Source: the human T2T-CHM13v2.0 reference genome, Homo sapiens. Taken from it: 64,000 nucleotides of DNA. Position 1 is the first letter of the stretch. Every line of letters starts with the position of its first letter. The notes beneath the pieces are model-generated. The model did not search any database and was not told the DNA's origin. It was given only the letters and a program-made list of their open reading frames with translations. Location of the stretch: assembly GCF_009914755.1 (NCBI RefSeq), contig NC_060934.1; one strand, given 5' to 3'. Positions 13,180-26,232 of the stretch are shown one piece after another. A program made the position numbers and the translations under genes.

Positions 13180-15100
13180 GTTACTGTTAGGTAAGGTGAC
13201 ATCCTTCAGATACCTGAAGGATATGAGAGCTGAACCATGTGACTCCTTGGGGAAGGAGCCTTCCCAGCAGAGTGGGCATGCGCCTGGTGGGTTTGAGGGG
13301 CAGAGGGAGTGTGGGGGATGGAGGGGAGTGGTCAGAGAGGCAGCAGGGGCAGGGCATGTCCAGTCCTGTAGCCACTGTGAGTACTTTGCACTCTAGAATG
13401 GGGGCCAATGTGGAGTTTGAGCAGACGTGCTCCTAATGCAGTTTTGGCAGGATTCCTGTGGCAACTATGGAGAGAATGGACAATGGAGTATCCCCAGGGG
13501 GTGCAGTGTGGGTTAGACCCTGAGGCATGTCAAGGGGCAAGGTCAGGGGATTTGCTGGTTGGCTGCATTGGGTGGGAATAGCGAGGGTGGAGGATGAGTG
13601 CAGGCCTTGAAGGGTGGAGTTGCTCCTTAGTGACTGATGTAGACTGGAAGGAACAGGTCTTGAGCCTGTTGATTTTGATTTACATGTTAGTCAACAGGGG
13701 AGCTGAACGGGCAGCATGGGAGTTCAGTGGAGTCAGTGCTGGAGATAATAGCATGGGAACCATTGGCATACTGAGGGTATTCATTACAGTCTTGTGGCTG
13801 AGGTCACCACGCAGCGAGGAGGGAAGGGACAAGGAAGCAGCAGAGGTGTGTGTGAGAAGGAGCTGAGGAGGGGCAGAGATAGGGGCAGGGAGGGGGGTGA
13901 AGAGAGAGAGATGGTCCCGGCAGTCAGCGAGGGAGACATTTTGAGGAGAAAGTGGGCATCTCTAGTAAGATAAGGACTGAGATGTGGCCATTGAATTAGC
14001 AGTGGCCTTGGTAAGAGCTGGAGAGTTGGGGGTGGGAGCAATGGCCCTACTGGGCAGGGTTCCAGAGAGAACAGGGAGGAGGAACTGGAGCACGCAGGAG
14101 CCTGGCTGAACAGGAAGCAAAGAAATAGAGGGAAGGCTGCAGAGGGGGAGGCTGGTTGAGAGCTGTAGTTCGGTTTTTGGAATGAGAGTAATTACTACGC
14201 GTGCCTGTGCTGATGGGAAATGCATGATGCAGGAGAGAGAGGGTGGGAGGGGCAGGGATCCATTGCCGAGTAGGGGGGCCGGCCCCAGGGAGGTACCTTT
14301 TTAGGGACCACAGGTCAGAGAGGTGCAGGGAGCAGAGATGGCAGGGTGAGCACAATGGAGGCAAGAAGGCTGCAGTGCTTCTCCTGGCCTCTGTCTTCTC
14401 AGCTGAACGGACAGTAAGTTGAGAGTGCCAGGGAGTGTTGGAGGTTGGGGGAGAGACAAAAAGGGCCTTTCCAATGATGCTATCTCGCACCACTCAGGGC
14501 CTACCTGAGTAGGGTGTCAAGAGTTTACGGTGGGACCAGTCAGCAGGATTCTGCATCTCCTCCAGCTGTGTACAGCTGCTTGGGGCAGAGGAGATGGGGA
14601 GTTAGATTTAATCAGCTCTGGGATTTGCCAGAAAGCGCTTTGGAGGGCAGAGGAACGTGGTGGCACGTGAGAGCACCAGGGAGCCAATATGACTACAAGG
14701 CTGTGGCTCTGAGTCGGGTAGAGAAGAAAGCAAGGATGTAGCAGGGGGAGGGGTGGCAGAGAGGTGGTGGAATCGGGCTTTGTGGTCTTGGTGGGTGGAA
14801 GAATTTACAGGGTTGGGATGTCAGGGAGTGAGTTGGGAAGGTAGGAGATGAGGCTCAGAAAAGGGCTGCTCAACTTTGAGAGCAGGGAGTCCTTTTGGTG
14901 ACTTACAGGGAGAGGGTGGAGGTTAAGATTAAAACACCAGGCCTTGCAGGGCAGTGGCATCCTGGGTTTTAGCAGTGTGTGGAGGATGTAGGACATTGTG
15001 CTGGGGATGTGTGCTCCCTGGGATGGTTTTGGAAGTTGGGAGATGGCATTAGAGGCTCTTTGGAGTTTTCTGGGCTGAGAGCTTGATTGCTAAGGGACAG
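13180..15100 (-). mobile_element. Extended L2 relic
   Basis: Antisense L2 motifs, e.g. taagataaggactgagatgtggccattgaattagcagtggccttggtaagagc; approximate. Confidence 0.62.
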
Positions 15101-17579
15101 CCTGGGAGTTGTCAGCTTCTTGAGCTGACAGCCAAGTGGGGATAAAGCGTTTCTTCTGATGGAAAGGTTGTGGTTCTGAGGCTGCTGGCACATTGGGAAG
15201 GGCATCTTGCGGGTTCCCATCATTGTGGAGCTACATCTTTATTTCTGAATGTTGGACATGGGGCACTTGGGGAGGCCAGTATTACCAGGAGATTTTTCTT
15301 TTTTTTTTTTCTTTCTCTTTTACCTTTTGTGTATCAGTATTTCTTAATAAGAAATGCCTATTTATTTAAATTCGGTGGGAGATATTTTTGACATAATTTT
15401 TTCACTTTCTCTCTGTCCTCTGTTTTGGAGAATGACAGTGATGGAGCAGTGGGCTGGGAGCCTTCCTGTCACCAGCACCTGTGACTTTGGAGCAGCTACT
15501 TCCTCTGGGACTGTTTAAAAGAAGGGGTGTGGGGCTCAGCTTTAAGGTCCTTTGGTTTTAGAATTAAACTCTATTTTGTTGGTTTATGAAGCATGTTTTT
15601 TGTGCCCATGATCTCAAATTTCTTTGGTTTTTAAAACTTTATCTATTTATTGTACCTTTAAAACAAATACATTTTATACCTAATGCAAATTAGTATTTTT
15701 TGAAGAGTGTTAGGCAGAATAAATGTGTATTTCCCATCAGAGAAGGAACTACTGATAAGTACTTCAAGAAGACCCAGAATTAGCATGTGTGTTTATATAA
15801 ATTGTGAAATCATCTTCTCCCACTTCTTCCCCCTTTTTTACAAAAACAAGTTAAGAGTCAGAGAAGGAAAGAAGAAATGGGATTTGCACCGTCATGGACT
15901 GATACTGCCTGGGTGTAGTTGTTTTGCTTGGTGAGCAGAACTTGCTGTATTATCTGTAGCTTTCTTCATGTATACTTGGGCACTTGTAAATGTTACCAAG
16001 TGCCTCTGACCAGAATGGGTGGGTCATTTTCCATGTCGTCTTAAAATGACTGGAAAGTTGGTGATGAACAGAAGGCTTATTTTGATATCTGAGTATGGCC
16101 TGAAGGCTATGCTGAGTGAGTGAAACCCAGAGCACTTCTGAGCAGGTTTTGGTTGGTTTGGTTCCTCTTTTGTTGGTGCTTTTGTGAGGGCCAATTCTGT
16201 ATGGCACTAGACAGAGCTGGTTAGGCTCAACAATACAGTGTTACCAGGCGGGTTGAGAATGGACACCCACAAGCCCAGGAGCCTCCTGAGGCCAGTCCCC
16301 CATAGTGCCTGGGCCACACGGGGCTGGGCCTGTTAACCAGGGCAGGCTCGGGGTTCATGTCTTTTACCCTCTACAACAGTGCAGCCCAGCAGGTCATTAC
16401 CACCTCACCTCCACGCATGGCAGGGGCAGGGGGAGCGGTCAGGGCATGCCTGTCCTGCTGCTGTCACCCAGGCGAGCCACACATTCCACACTGGCTTGAA
16501 TGGCAGTGACTTTGGGCCTGGCAGTGTCCTCTGCCAGTCTCCTTCACTCACAATTTCATTTCAACTTTGTGTTATAGTGAAGTATTTAATATGACACTTT
16601 TTTTTTATTCTTTAATAGTTCAAATAGTAATGTATGCCAAGGTCAGACTAATATTTTGTTTACTAGCTTAGTAATTTTCTTCTTGTTCCTACCTGAATTA
16701 ATTTATATGGGAGCAAGTGCTGCCTTTTTTGCTGTTGAGTACCAGAGAACATACAGTAAATAATGATTTTTACATATTGAAGTTGCAGTTGTTGACTGTG
16801 ATGTTGAAGATGTCTTCAGACAGTAGTTTATACTGCATTCCACACTTGAGGCTCAAGTGATTGGAGTGATTTCTGCAATTACTAGTTTGTTCTATAACTA
16901 AGACTGTTTGTTGGTCTCTGCATATACTTTCAGGTCATTAAATGCTACAGAAATGAGAAATGAAATACAAACTTTTTAACTCCTACTCAGATGTCCAAAC
17001 AGCTTCTTAGTTCCTGTCAGATCAGTAATAATACTGGGTTTGGTCTTTCTTAAACCAAGCATAATCCTGCTTATCTTAGAATGAAACAGTATTCCTATTC
17101 AGAGGTAAATAGAGTTAACCTTTACTCGTGTAATTTTTATTGTTTGTTTTACCATTTCATGGTGTTCATACTAGCCCCTTTTCCTTTCCCTCTAAGTGAC
17201 TGCTGAGGTTCTCACCATTTCAGAATAAAATTCTTGTCCTTTGAGGTTGGAAATTTAATGATAATTGAAAAACTGTATGTGTCAGTATACTTAAAAGGAA
17301 AGGTTATATCATTCTCTTCATTTTGGATGTAAAATTTACCTGTTAGAGAAAATTTGGAAATTATAGAAAAGTAAAAAAAAAAAAAAAAAAAAATGGAAAA
17401 AAGCTATTGTGCTTGTCTCCTACAAAGAGAACTACTGTGGACCTTTTATGTCTCATTTCTTCTGTTTTTTAAAAGCTGGGTTTGTCTAAAACCACTGTCA
17501 CCAAAACAATAAAACCCATACCCTCCAAATTTGTATGACATATAATTGTGGTGACATTGTCTAGAACATTTTAAAAAAA

Positions 17580-17838
17580 ATATTATTTATTTTTAGAGAT
17601 GGATCTTGCTGTGTTGCCCAGGCTGGACTGCAGTGGCACAATCATCGTTCACTGTAACTTGGAACTCTTGGGCTCAAGCATTCCTCTTGTCTCAGCCACA
17701 GCGTCCAACTAATTTTTTCATAGAGATAGGGTCTTGCTTTGTTGCCTAGGCTGATCTCAAACTTCTGGGCTTAAGGAGTCTTCCCACCTTGGTCTCCCAA
17801 AGTGCTGGGATTACAGATGTGAGCCATTGTGGCTAGTC
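17580..17838 (-). mobile_element. Alu (AluJ-like) within old L1ME-like sequence
   Basis: ttttagagatggatcttgctgtgttgcccaggctggactgcagtgg...aaagtgctgggattacagatgtgagcc. Confidence 0.88.
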
Positions 17839-20406
17839 CTGTATATAAAATTTATATATTTTTCACTTAGCATGATAAACAGAAGTATTTCTCCAATTAC
17901 AAATGTATTGAACTGTTTATAAAAACTATTGATTATTATTTTTGATCACTACATAATTTTTCATGTGGGAAATTTTCCGCTTATTCAGTCCTTTATTACT
18001 AGACATATAGGTTGTTGTTTTCTTTTTCCTTTATAATCAATATGGTAATGAACATCTTTGTGTCTAAAGCCTCCTCTGAACATCAGATCATCTCAGCAAG
18101 GTAGAATCCTAGCAGGCATTCTAATGACTCAAAAGTTTTGGGTGCAGTCTACAAAATTACTGTATGACAAGGTATTAATACATGATACTAATATTTGAGT
18201 TAGCAAAAGCTGCTTATTGGATATCTAAGTTGGGCAGCATTTGGTAGGCTTATTTTTTACTCCTTTAAATTACTTCTTTCAAGTGATTAGAAACTTTTAA
18301 GAATCTTAATCAGTAGGTGAAAGAAAATCTGGCTTTTTTAAGGCTCTTTGTATATTGAAATAGCTGGGCAATATTTCTAGTAACCATATTGATGTTTTAC
18401 TGCTATATACATGATTTGCCAATTTTTAAACTAAGACCTATAGTAAAAAAAAAATTTATATTTGAATCCAGTTGGTTTCTTATTGGTAAACACACATGAA
18501 ACAATATTTGTCTTTATGCATTTCATAATGTTATATTCTGAACTTTCTGTTTCATTCCATTTTTTAAAAAAGATGAGTCATGATCCTCTAAATGGATTTC
18601 ATAATCTCCTGGAGGTTCCAACTCATAGTTTGAAAAACACTATACTGTACTGTGACAGGCGGCGAATCCAGAGGAACACATGGCTTATTTCCCTGACTGC
18701 TTTTACTTTTCCTGTGTGTGGGTGGGAATCTTGTACTCGTTCATCCTGGCAGTACCTGAGTGAGAAATAAGGAAGCTAAGTACCCTGCCCAACGGCACGC
18801 AACTACCAGTGGTCAAGCTCGGACACAGTCACTTCTGGGTGGCCCCCAGGTCCAGGGTTTCACAGTCCAGCAGCATAGAAGCCGTTTCAGCTTCTGTTGT
18901 CCTGGAAGACGCAAAGGCATCCAGAAGAGAGGCACATGATCTGCAGGAAAGACTCCGCCGTAGCGGTTCAGCGCAGGTTTACCAAAGGTTGTTCACCTGG
19001 AATGGACTGTGAACCCCCCACCAGGAACTGTGGCACAGGCAGAAGTCAACCAGGGTGAAATGCAGCTTTGCACTCTGACATTTGCCCCTTGAAAACCTGG
19101 AGCCTGGTAGAGTTAGGGGTGGAAAGCAAGTTTTCCATCAGCAGAGGAGCATCTTCCATAGCTCCCAGAAGGATCAGTTAAAAGTGTCAGTCCGATGGCT
19201 TCCTTCGGGTTTTGTGAACCTCAGCGGCTTCGCCTGCCCTTTGCCTTTAACCAGCCAGTGGGGCCCTGCATGAGGTGCCCGGGGAGGTGGTGCATGCATA
19301 GCATCCTTAGTAAGCCTGGAGGCGGGTATGCTCTCTGGCAGCAGCTTTCTTCCTGGCTTTCTTGTGGAATTGTCCTCCTTACCAAGATGCTTCTGCCAGG
19401 GTAAGAGGAAGGCCAGTGAGTGCTTGGGAAGGAAGTTGGCAGTAACTTCCAACAAACCTTGCCCCACTGTAACTTCTCAGAAGGGTGATGTGACCAGCTG
19501 CAAATACCAAATGGAAAGAGATTTTGCCTAGAGAGTTTTCAGGAGGGCCTGATGAACCTGAAAACCTTCCCTGAATGCAGTGTACCTTCCATTCCATACA
19601 ATAACCATTGAAGGGCTTCATCTTAATTAACTCACATGGACATTTCTAATTGTGGAAGAAAATACTGCCTCCCCTCACCAGGTGAAACCATCATTGAAAT
19701 CAAAGCTAATAGCAGACAACACTCTGTTCCCAAAGAGCAGGTTCATTATATCATGCCAACAAGTAGCATTTCCTATTTTCAGCCTAGTCACATTGATTGA
19801 CTGGAGCTTAAAAATAGAAAATAAGAGTATATTGTTGATCTTGGATTTCTTTGAATGCTGAAAAAAATGCTGCCTTTAAAATCAAATTTTACCAAACTTG
19901 GCAGATTACAGTAGGAAAACAACAGATAAATGTGGATTTTTCTACTCCTGTTCTCTAGCACAGGGAATCTACTAGAGGGCCCTGCCTCCACTTCCATCAA
20001 ACAAGGGAAGAAAATGCTCTTCATGAGGTCACTGTTAACTGAGCCAGCATAGGGAGGCTCAGCAGGTGAGCTGGCTTGGTGGGAGGTGGTGGTTCTGAAT
20101 CTCTGCTCTTTTGCAATGGCCTTGGGACCTGGGGCAAGTGACCCTCTCTGAGTTTTAGTTTCCTCAAGTGCACAGTGTGGCCTTGAGAGCCTCAGGATCT
20201 TCGACATGACCGAACATTCATAAGGCTCAGTGCTCACTGTCTCCTCTTCCCTTCCTCTCCCCTTTTCTCTCTGGGTCTTGAGAGAACATGAACCAGGACC
20301 ACAGTGCCACGCCCATGGCTCTTGGCATATTTTATTGAACATTATTTACGTGGTTAACAGATCAGAAAATCTTAGTGATCCTCTGATGGCTCCAAGGGAT
20401 GCTTCC

Positions 20407-20619
<213 letters not shown>

Positions 20620-22133
20620 TAGTCAACTTTAGGTACCTTGCTGCAGTATCACAGCCCAGTATTTTTCTGCTCATGTTTTTCCCCATGTCTTAATGGCTCA
20701 GGTTTTGCAGGAGAGTGACAATTGTATGTACTGGTGTGTGTGTAATTGCACTCACACATGTGTTCAAGGTTGTAAAGTTGTGTTCACCATTCACCAGTGT
20801 TATGGAGAGATACTTCCTGTCTTCTTGCTCCCATTGCATCTCTGTGTCTGTCTCCCTCAGTATAGCTGAGACCAGAGCTGGATGTGGCAGCCATGTGCTT
20901 CTTGAGCACTCACATGGAACAAAAAAGAAAGAGAATGGAGCTTCTGTTGTGCTGGGCTAATTGCCTTATTATTGATTCAGCTGTATAAGTGAAATGGATT
21001 GTTTAAACATTTTTGGTTTTGTGATTATTTTAATTCAGGTTTTATTAAGCTGGGCAGCAGATCATTGATTGCACAGGATTCGGAGGCACATTCATTTGTA
21101 TCTTCCAGGGTAGCTTTTCTGAATGCAAATCTTGTCCATCTGGTTGCCTATTATCCATCCTTCCAAAGCTCGACAGACTTGATTAAATTCAGAACCGCTC
21201 TGCCTTGATAGTGGCATCTCAAATTTTATCATTAGTTATGCATCACATTTCCTTGTGTCTGAGGTGACCCTCAGAGGCTATGATATTGCCTTTCTACTTT
21301 CTCAAGAACCAGAATGTTTGAAGGGCAGTTTAAAGTTATAGAATGAAGTAGGAAATACATTTTAGATTTTTTTTCCCTTAAAATATATATCAGGTCTGAA
21401 AGGAAAATACTGTAGGTGATTATCTTACTTGCAGATATGCCTGTGAACTTGGCCGTCAGGAATCAGAGACGTGGCCTAGAACACCATTCACGGATCAAAA
21501 AAATAAAGAGTCTGTGGGATATCCATGGCTATAAAAAGAGGTTGAATTGTTCTGCTTTCTCTGTCACATGTTAATATTATGCCATGTGATTCAAGTAGTG
21601 AACCAGCTCTTTATTCTCCTCTGAAAATGCGGGGGGGAAACTACCTTAGTATTCACATTTTGGTTTAGCCATCCAATCAAAGTTTTGTTACAGATTGGTT
21701 CCACTGTATTTGTCCTGAATTACATGTTCTTTTTCATGTTTGATGTATAACCTTTAAAAATCTTACTTAGTTTCTTCATGTGCTTTCTCCTTTTCATTCT
21801 GTTTGAGCTAATTTCTGATTATGTAGCCGTGATTTCAGTGTTGATTCTTTTCAATCTAAATCTCCCTCTTTAGTGAGGATGGCACCCTCATTAAAGTCTC
21901 CGCAGATGACTGCCTTGCTTCAGTCCCGTCGCAGCCTGGTGCTGCCTTTCTTACTTGTGGTCATATTGTCCACAGGTCTCTCTCGTGTGTACACCTGCCC
22001 GTCCTTTCTTGCTGGATGGGCAGAACTCAGCCCAGGGAGGCCTTGCCCCTCCGTGTTTCCTGTGTCTGGACAGAAGATGCACCTTACTTGAAATCAGTTG
22101 CAATGGTACCATAAAACAGATTTATATGTTTAA

Positions 22134-22481
<348 letters not shown>

Positions 22482-23897
22482 CCATACTTGTATTTTTAAA
22501 TTCTCTTATAGGGAAATCATGAATGCAGAAATATGAGTTGGATTCTTTCTGAATTTTTTTCCTTCTGTTGTTTTAACTATTCCTCTTTTTGGTTTCTCTT
22601 TTCCCTTGTTTTTTGAGTTGGGGAAGATGTGGAACAGGACATGTTATGTACGTGTTCTTTGTTTAAAAGAAAATTGGAAGCAGTACCTTCCTCCCTGAAA
22701 GGGGGAAAAAGTGGTGTTTTGTGTTTTCCTACAAGCTGTTTCTGCATACTTGTGCTTGACTGCTGTAGAGGAACTGGGCTTTGGGGGTATGTCAGTGTCC
22801 CAAGGACCCCACCCATTGCACCTCAGAGTTGCTGATCCCTAAGGCAGCATAGCTGTAACGTGTTGATGTGATGACTTGGCCCTTTCCCTCTTCCAAGGGT
22901 GGAGAGAATCTCAGCTTTCTCCCTGCATCCACAGTTTGTTGGAATTCTCTTTTTTCAGTTTACTTGTTCCAGCCCATACAGAGTTTGTAAAGATTCTGAA
23001 CTGAGGATATTGTTTATAGAAGAGGAATTTTAATAAGAAATGTTATTCAGTAATTCCTCATTCAATAAATATTTATTGAGAATCTGGTTGCGGGGTTAGG
23101 GTGGCACCTTAGTATTCCCATTCTGGGTTAGCTTCTGACCAGCGTTTTCTCTTAGGCACTGAGGATTTTGCAGTGAACAAAGGAGACGGTCCCTTTCCTC
23201 AGAAATTACATTCCAGTGTGGGAGGAGGGAAGAGACAGATGACAAGCAAAATAAGTACTGTAATCTTACCTTCCGCATCTGTAGCCTCAGCTGTGTAGAA
23301 TGCCAGGGACATGTGAGGGTGTGAGCCAAGCCCGTCCTGAATTGTGTGCACTGAAACTCTTAACCACTGCTCCCACGCCTGCCCATGCGTTTTTATCACA
23401 GGTCTTTCCCCTTTCAGGGAACCAAGGCTCTTTGTTTCCCAAGGTGGATCCTTCAGGCTCCTCTTTGCATTCACTTCTAAAGAACGAGAGAGTGTCCTTT
23501 CTCAGCCCTTAGTTGATTCAGAGCAGAAAATGGAAGGGAGAGTGAGGGGCAGATAGGGAGGCAGGGGACAGAAAGACCAAACCTGAGAAGCAGAAGCTAC
23601 TTCTATCAGCTGAGGACCTCAAGGCTGAGCCACAGAGAAGAGAACAAATTCTGCTTAGCATGTGGAGGGAAGCCCACGTCATATTTTGTAAAAAAGCTTA
23701 TTTTAACTGATGATTAAAATGAAGCTTTAGTTCAGAAGAGGGTAAAAATAGATGGAAATCTGTTCAGATGGGATTTCTTAGTTGAATCTGGAGTGATGCA
23801 GATACACCGTGAGAGGCAGAGCTGAGAGTCAAGAGGCTCCCGGGCCAGCGCTGCTGTCTGAGAGGCCACAGAATCTCTTCCAAAGGTGTAGATAGAC

Positions 23898-24119
23898 CAA
23901 GCTTGTCCAGCCTGCAGCCTGCAGGCCGCATGTGGCCCAGGAGTGCAGCCCAACACAAATTTGTAAACTTTCTTGAAACATTATGACCTTTTTTTGCATT
24001 TTGTGTTTTGTTTTTTGCTCATCAACTATTGTTAGTGTTACTGTATTTTATGTGTGGCCCAAGACAATTCTTTTTCTTCCATTGTGGCCCAGGGAAACCA
24101 AAAGATTGGACATCCCTTG
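23898..24119 (-). mobile_element. MER30 (hAT-Charlie MITE)
   Basis: caagcttgtcc...gtgtggcccaagacaattc...tggcccagggaaaccaaaagattggacatcccttg is the reverse complement of MER30. Confidence 0.88.
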
Positions 24120-24926
24120 TGTAGACTAATGAAGTGACGCTTCTTCCCAGGCATGATGACACTGTTTTGACAGGGCTGCACCCTGTTTTGACAAGGTGGG
24201 ACCCTGTCTTATAGGGGTATAAACAAAGGAAGTAATGTGGTAGGGGATGCAGAGTTTTCTCAGAACTCCTCCTAGGTTAGTAGTAGCGGGTTCCACCTCC
24301 TCCACCAGCTCAGCCCCTGTAGAGCATACTCTCATTGCACCATCATGACTTGCCTGGAGGTTGAGGAATGGGCAGATAATTATTATACCTGTTACTTAAT
24401 CAGATGTGCACTGGATGAGCACCTGCTTGGGGCTCTCCTTGTGTTGGGTACTTGGGGGGAATACATACTTGGAGGGAGTACTTTATACCAGGACTAACAA
24501 GTACAGCTAACTGATCTTCCAGTCCCTTGCTAATTAAAAGGAAGGGAAAAAAAGGATTACTGGCTGAGGTAGATATAAATGCAGCCTAAAACAACATCTG
24601 ATAGCCTGGAAATCAGATACAAAAGCTGTGAAGACCTCCATTGCATGCTAGTGGAATAGCAGGGGATGTTAACAGCATCTCTTCCTTGGTGAGGTAGCAT
24701 GGTGTCATGGGAAAGAATGGCCTTTGTTTCAGGTAGAGCTCCCTGATATCCCTGACCTAGTGTCTCCCTGCCGCTTGGCAGCTGTGTGAACTTAGTAATG
24801 TTCTTTAACATCTCTGAGCCTCTTTTAAAAAATCTCTCTCTCTCGTATATCTCTATTTAGTTATTGAGAATCAACTCACTGTAGGCATTGCATAAGAGAA
24901 ACACAGTGGTGATGCCCCCTGGCCCT

Positions 24927-25048
24927 CAGGGTCCCACCTTGTTGAAACAGTGTCATCATACCTAGGAAGAAGCATCACTTCATTCATCTACACCATGGGT
25001 GTCCAATCTTTTGGCTTCCCTGGGCCACATTGGAAGAAGAAGAATTGT
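24927..25048. repeat. Inverted copy of 24064-24206 (MER30 end plus its unique flank)
   Basis: Hand alignment gives about 109/122 identity to the reverse complement of 24064-24206 after removing a 21-nt internal duplication. Confidence 0.9.
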
Positions 25049-25774
25049 ATATGTACACACACACACACACAGGATAATTATTAGAAGTTTCAAGGTTTTG
25101 TGGAAATTGGAATTTATGTAGGTGAAATGCCTGGATACAGTGCCTGGCACATAACATTCATTCAGTAAGCATCAAGCTACTGTTATTATAAATATGATTT
25201 GAACAAATGGAAGAGAAAAAAGAAAATACCTTTAGCAGGAGCTCAGAGGAAATAATCAGCATGAAATGTTCGTGGAACATATTTAATGTGTTATCTATTC
25301 TGTTGCATAAGGTTTTCTAAAGTGTCCTGAATGTGGCAGCACAGTACCTATGGCACGGCACAGTATCATAATACTCCTCACTCAGTTATTTCCTCCTTTC
25401 ATTAGCCCAGGTTCTCTTGTTTTATTTGTTACTCAGTCATTTATAGAGCATGGATGATAAGTGATGCTCCATGCCAAGCACTGTACTGTGTCTAAGATGA
25501 ACAGGATACAGTATTTGTAATCAAAGGAACTTGTATGTGGAGGTTGGGCTAGGACATCCACTTATTATAAACTGAGGGAGGGATGTGAAGAGTGGGGAGC
25601 AGTGGGCAGGGGTGGGAGGGGCTGATGATCCACCCAGCTGGCCTGAAATAGGAGACGATGGCATGGACAGCTCCCAGGCCCACCACTGGGCTGGCTGAAG
25701 GTCTCCTGTTTATGGAAGCAAGTGGGGGATCTGAAGGATGACACTTTCCATATCCTGTGCCTGAGGTTTGGTTG

Positions 25775-26232
25775 TGTTAAAGAGAAAATTATTCCATGAG
25801 TCTTGTTAAAGCACAGTAAGGCAAACTTGACTAAGGACCATCTCGATAGGTAGAGGGACTGCAGCAATGGGGTTTTGTGATGGGGGAAAGAGATTAGGTT
25901 CAAGTCTAAATATAGCATGGGCAAGTGGGAATTTATGGCCAAGGAGCAAGGGATGTGGTTAGTGAATGGAAAATTACTAAGAGGAAACATCAGGAGTAAG
26001 GAGAATTCTGGCTAAATCAGTCTGACAGGATTCTTGCTGAAGGCAGACAGGGAGGATCACCTGAGGGTGATCAAGGACAAGGAGCTTGATTAGATGTCGA
26101 GGGTCAGGGGTTCTTGCTAATCTGACTTAGCAGGGTGCTTTGCTAAAAGTGGAGTTTATAAGGAAGTGCACAGTTGGGCCCAGGAGAAGGTTCAGAAACC
26201 CGACCAAAGCTTGGCCAAGCAAAGACTCTTTC
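25775..26232 (-). mobile_element. ERV1 solo LTR, MER31-like
   Basis: tgttaaagagaaaattattc...ggaagtgcacagttgggcccaggagaaggttcagaaacccgaccaaagcttggccaagc is the reverse complement of MER31. Confidence 0.75.

Noticed and set aside
16921-17110. Possible 171-nt exon (16934-17104) in repeat-poor AT-rich DNA
   Set aside because: Weak pyrimidine tract and donor (GAG|GTAAAT); no supporting evidence.
19788-20342. 184-aa minus-strand ORF
   Set aside because: No recognisable protein similarity, partly MIR-like sequence; this length is expected by chance in 64 kb over six frames.
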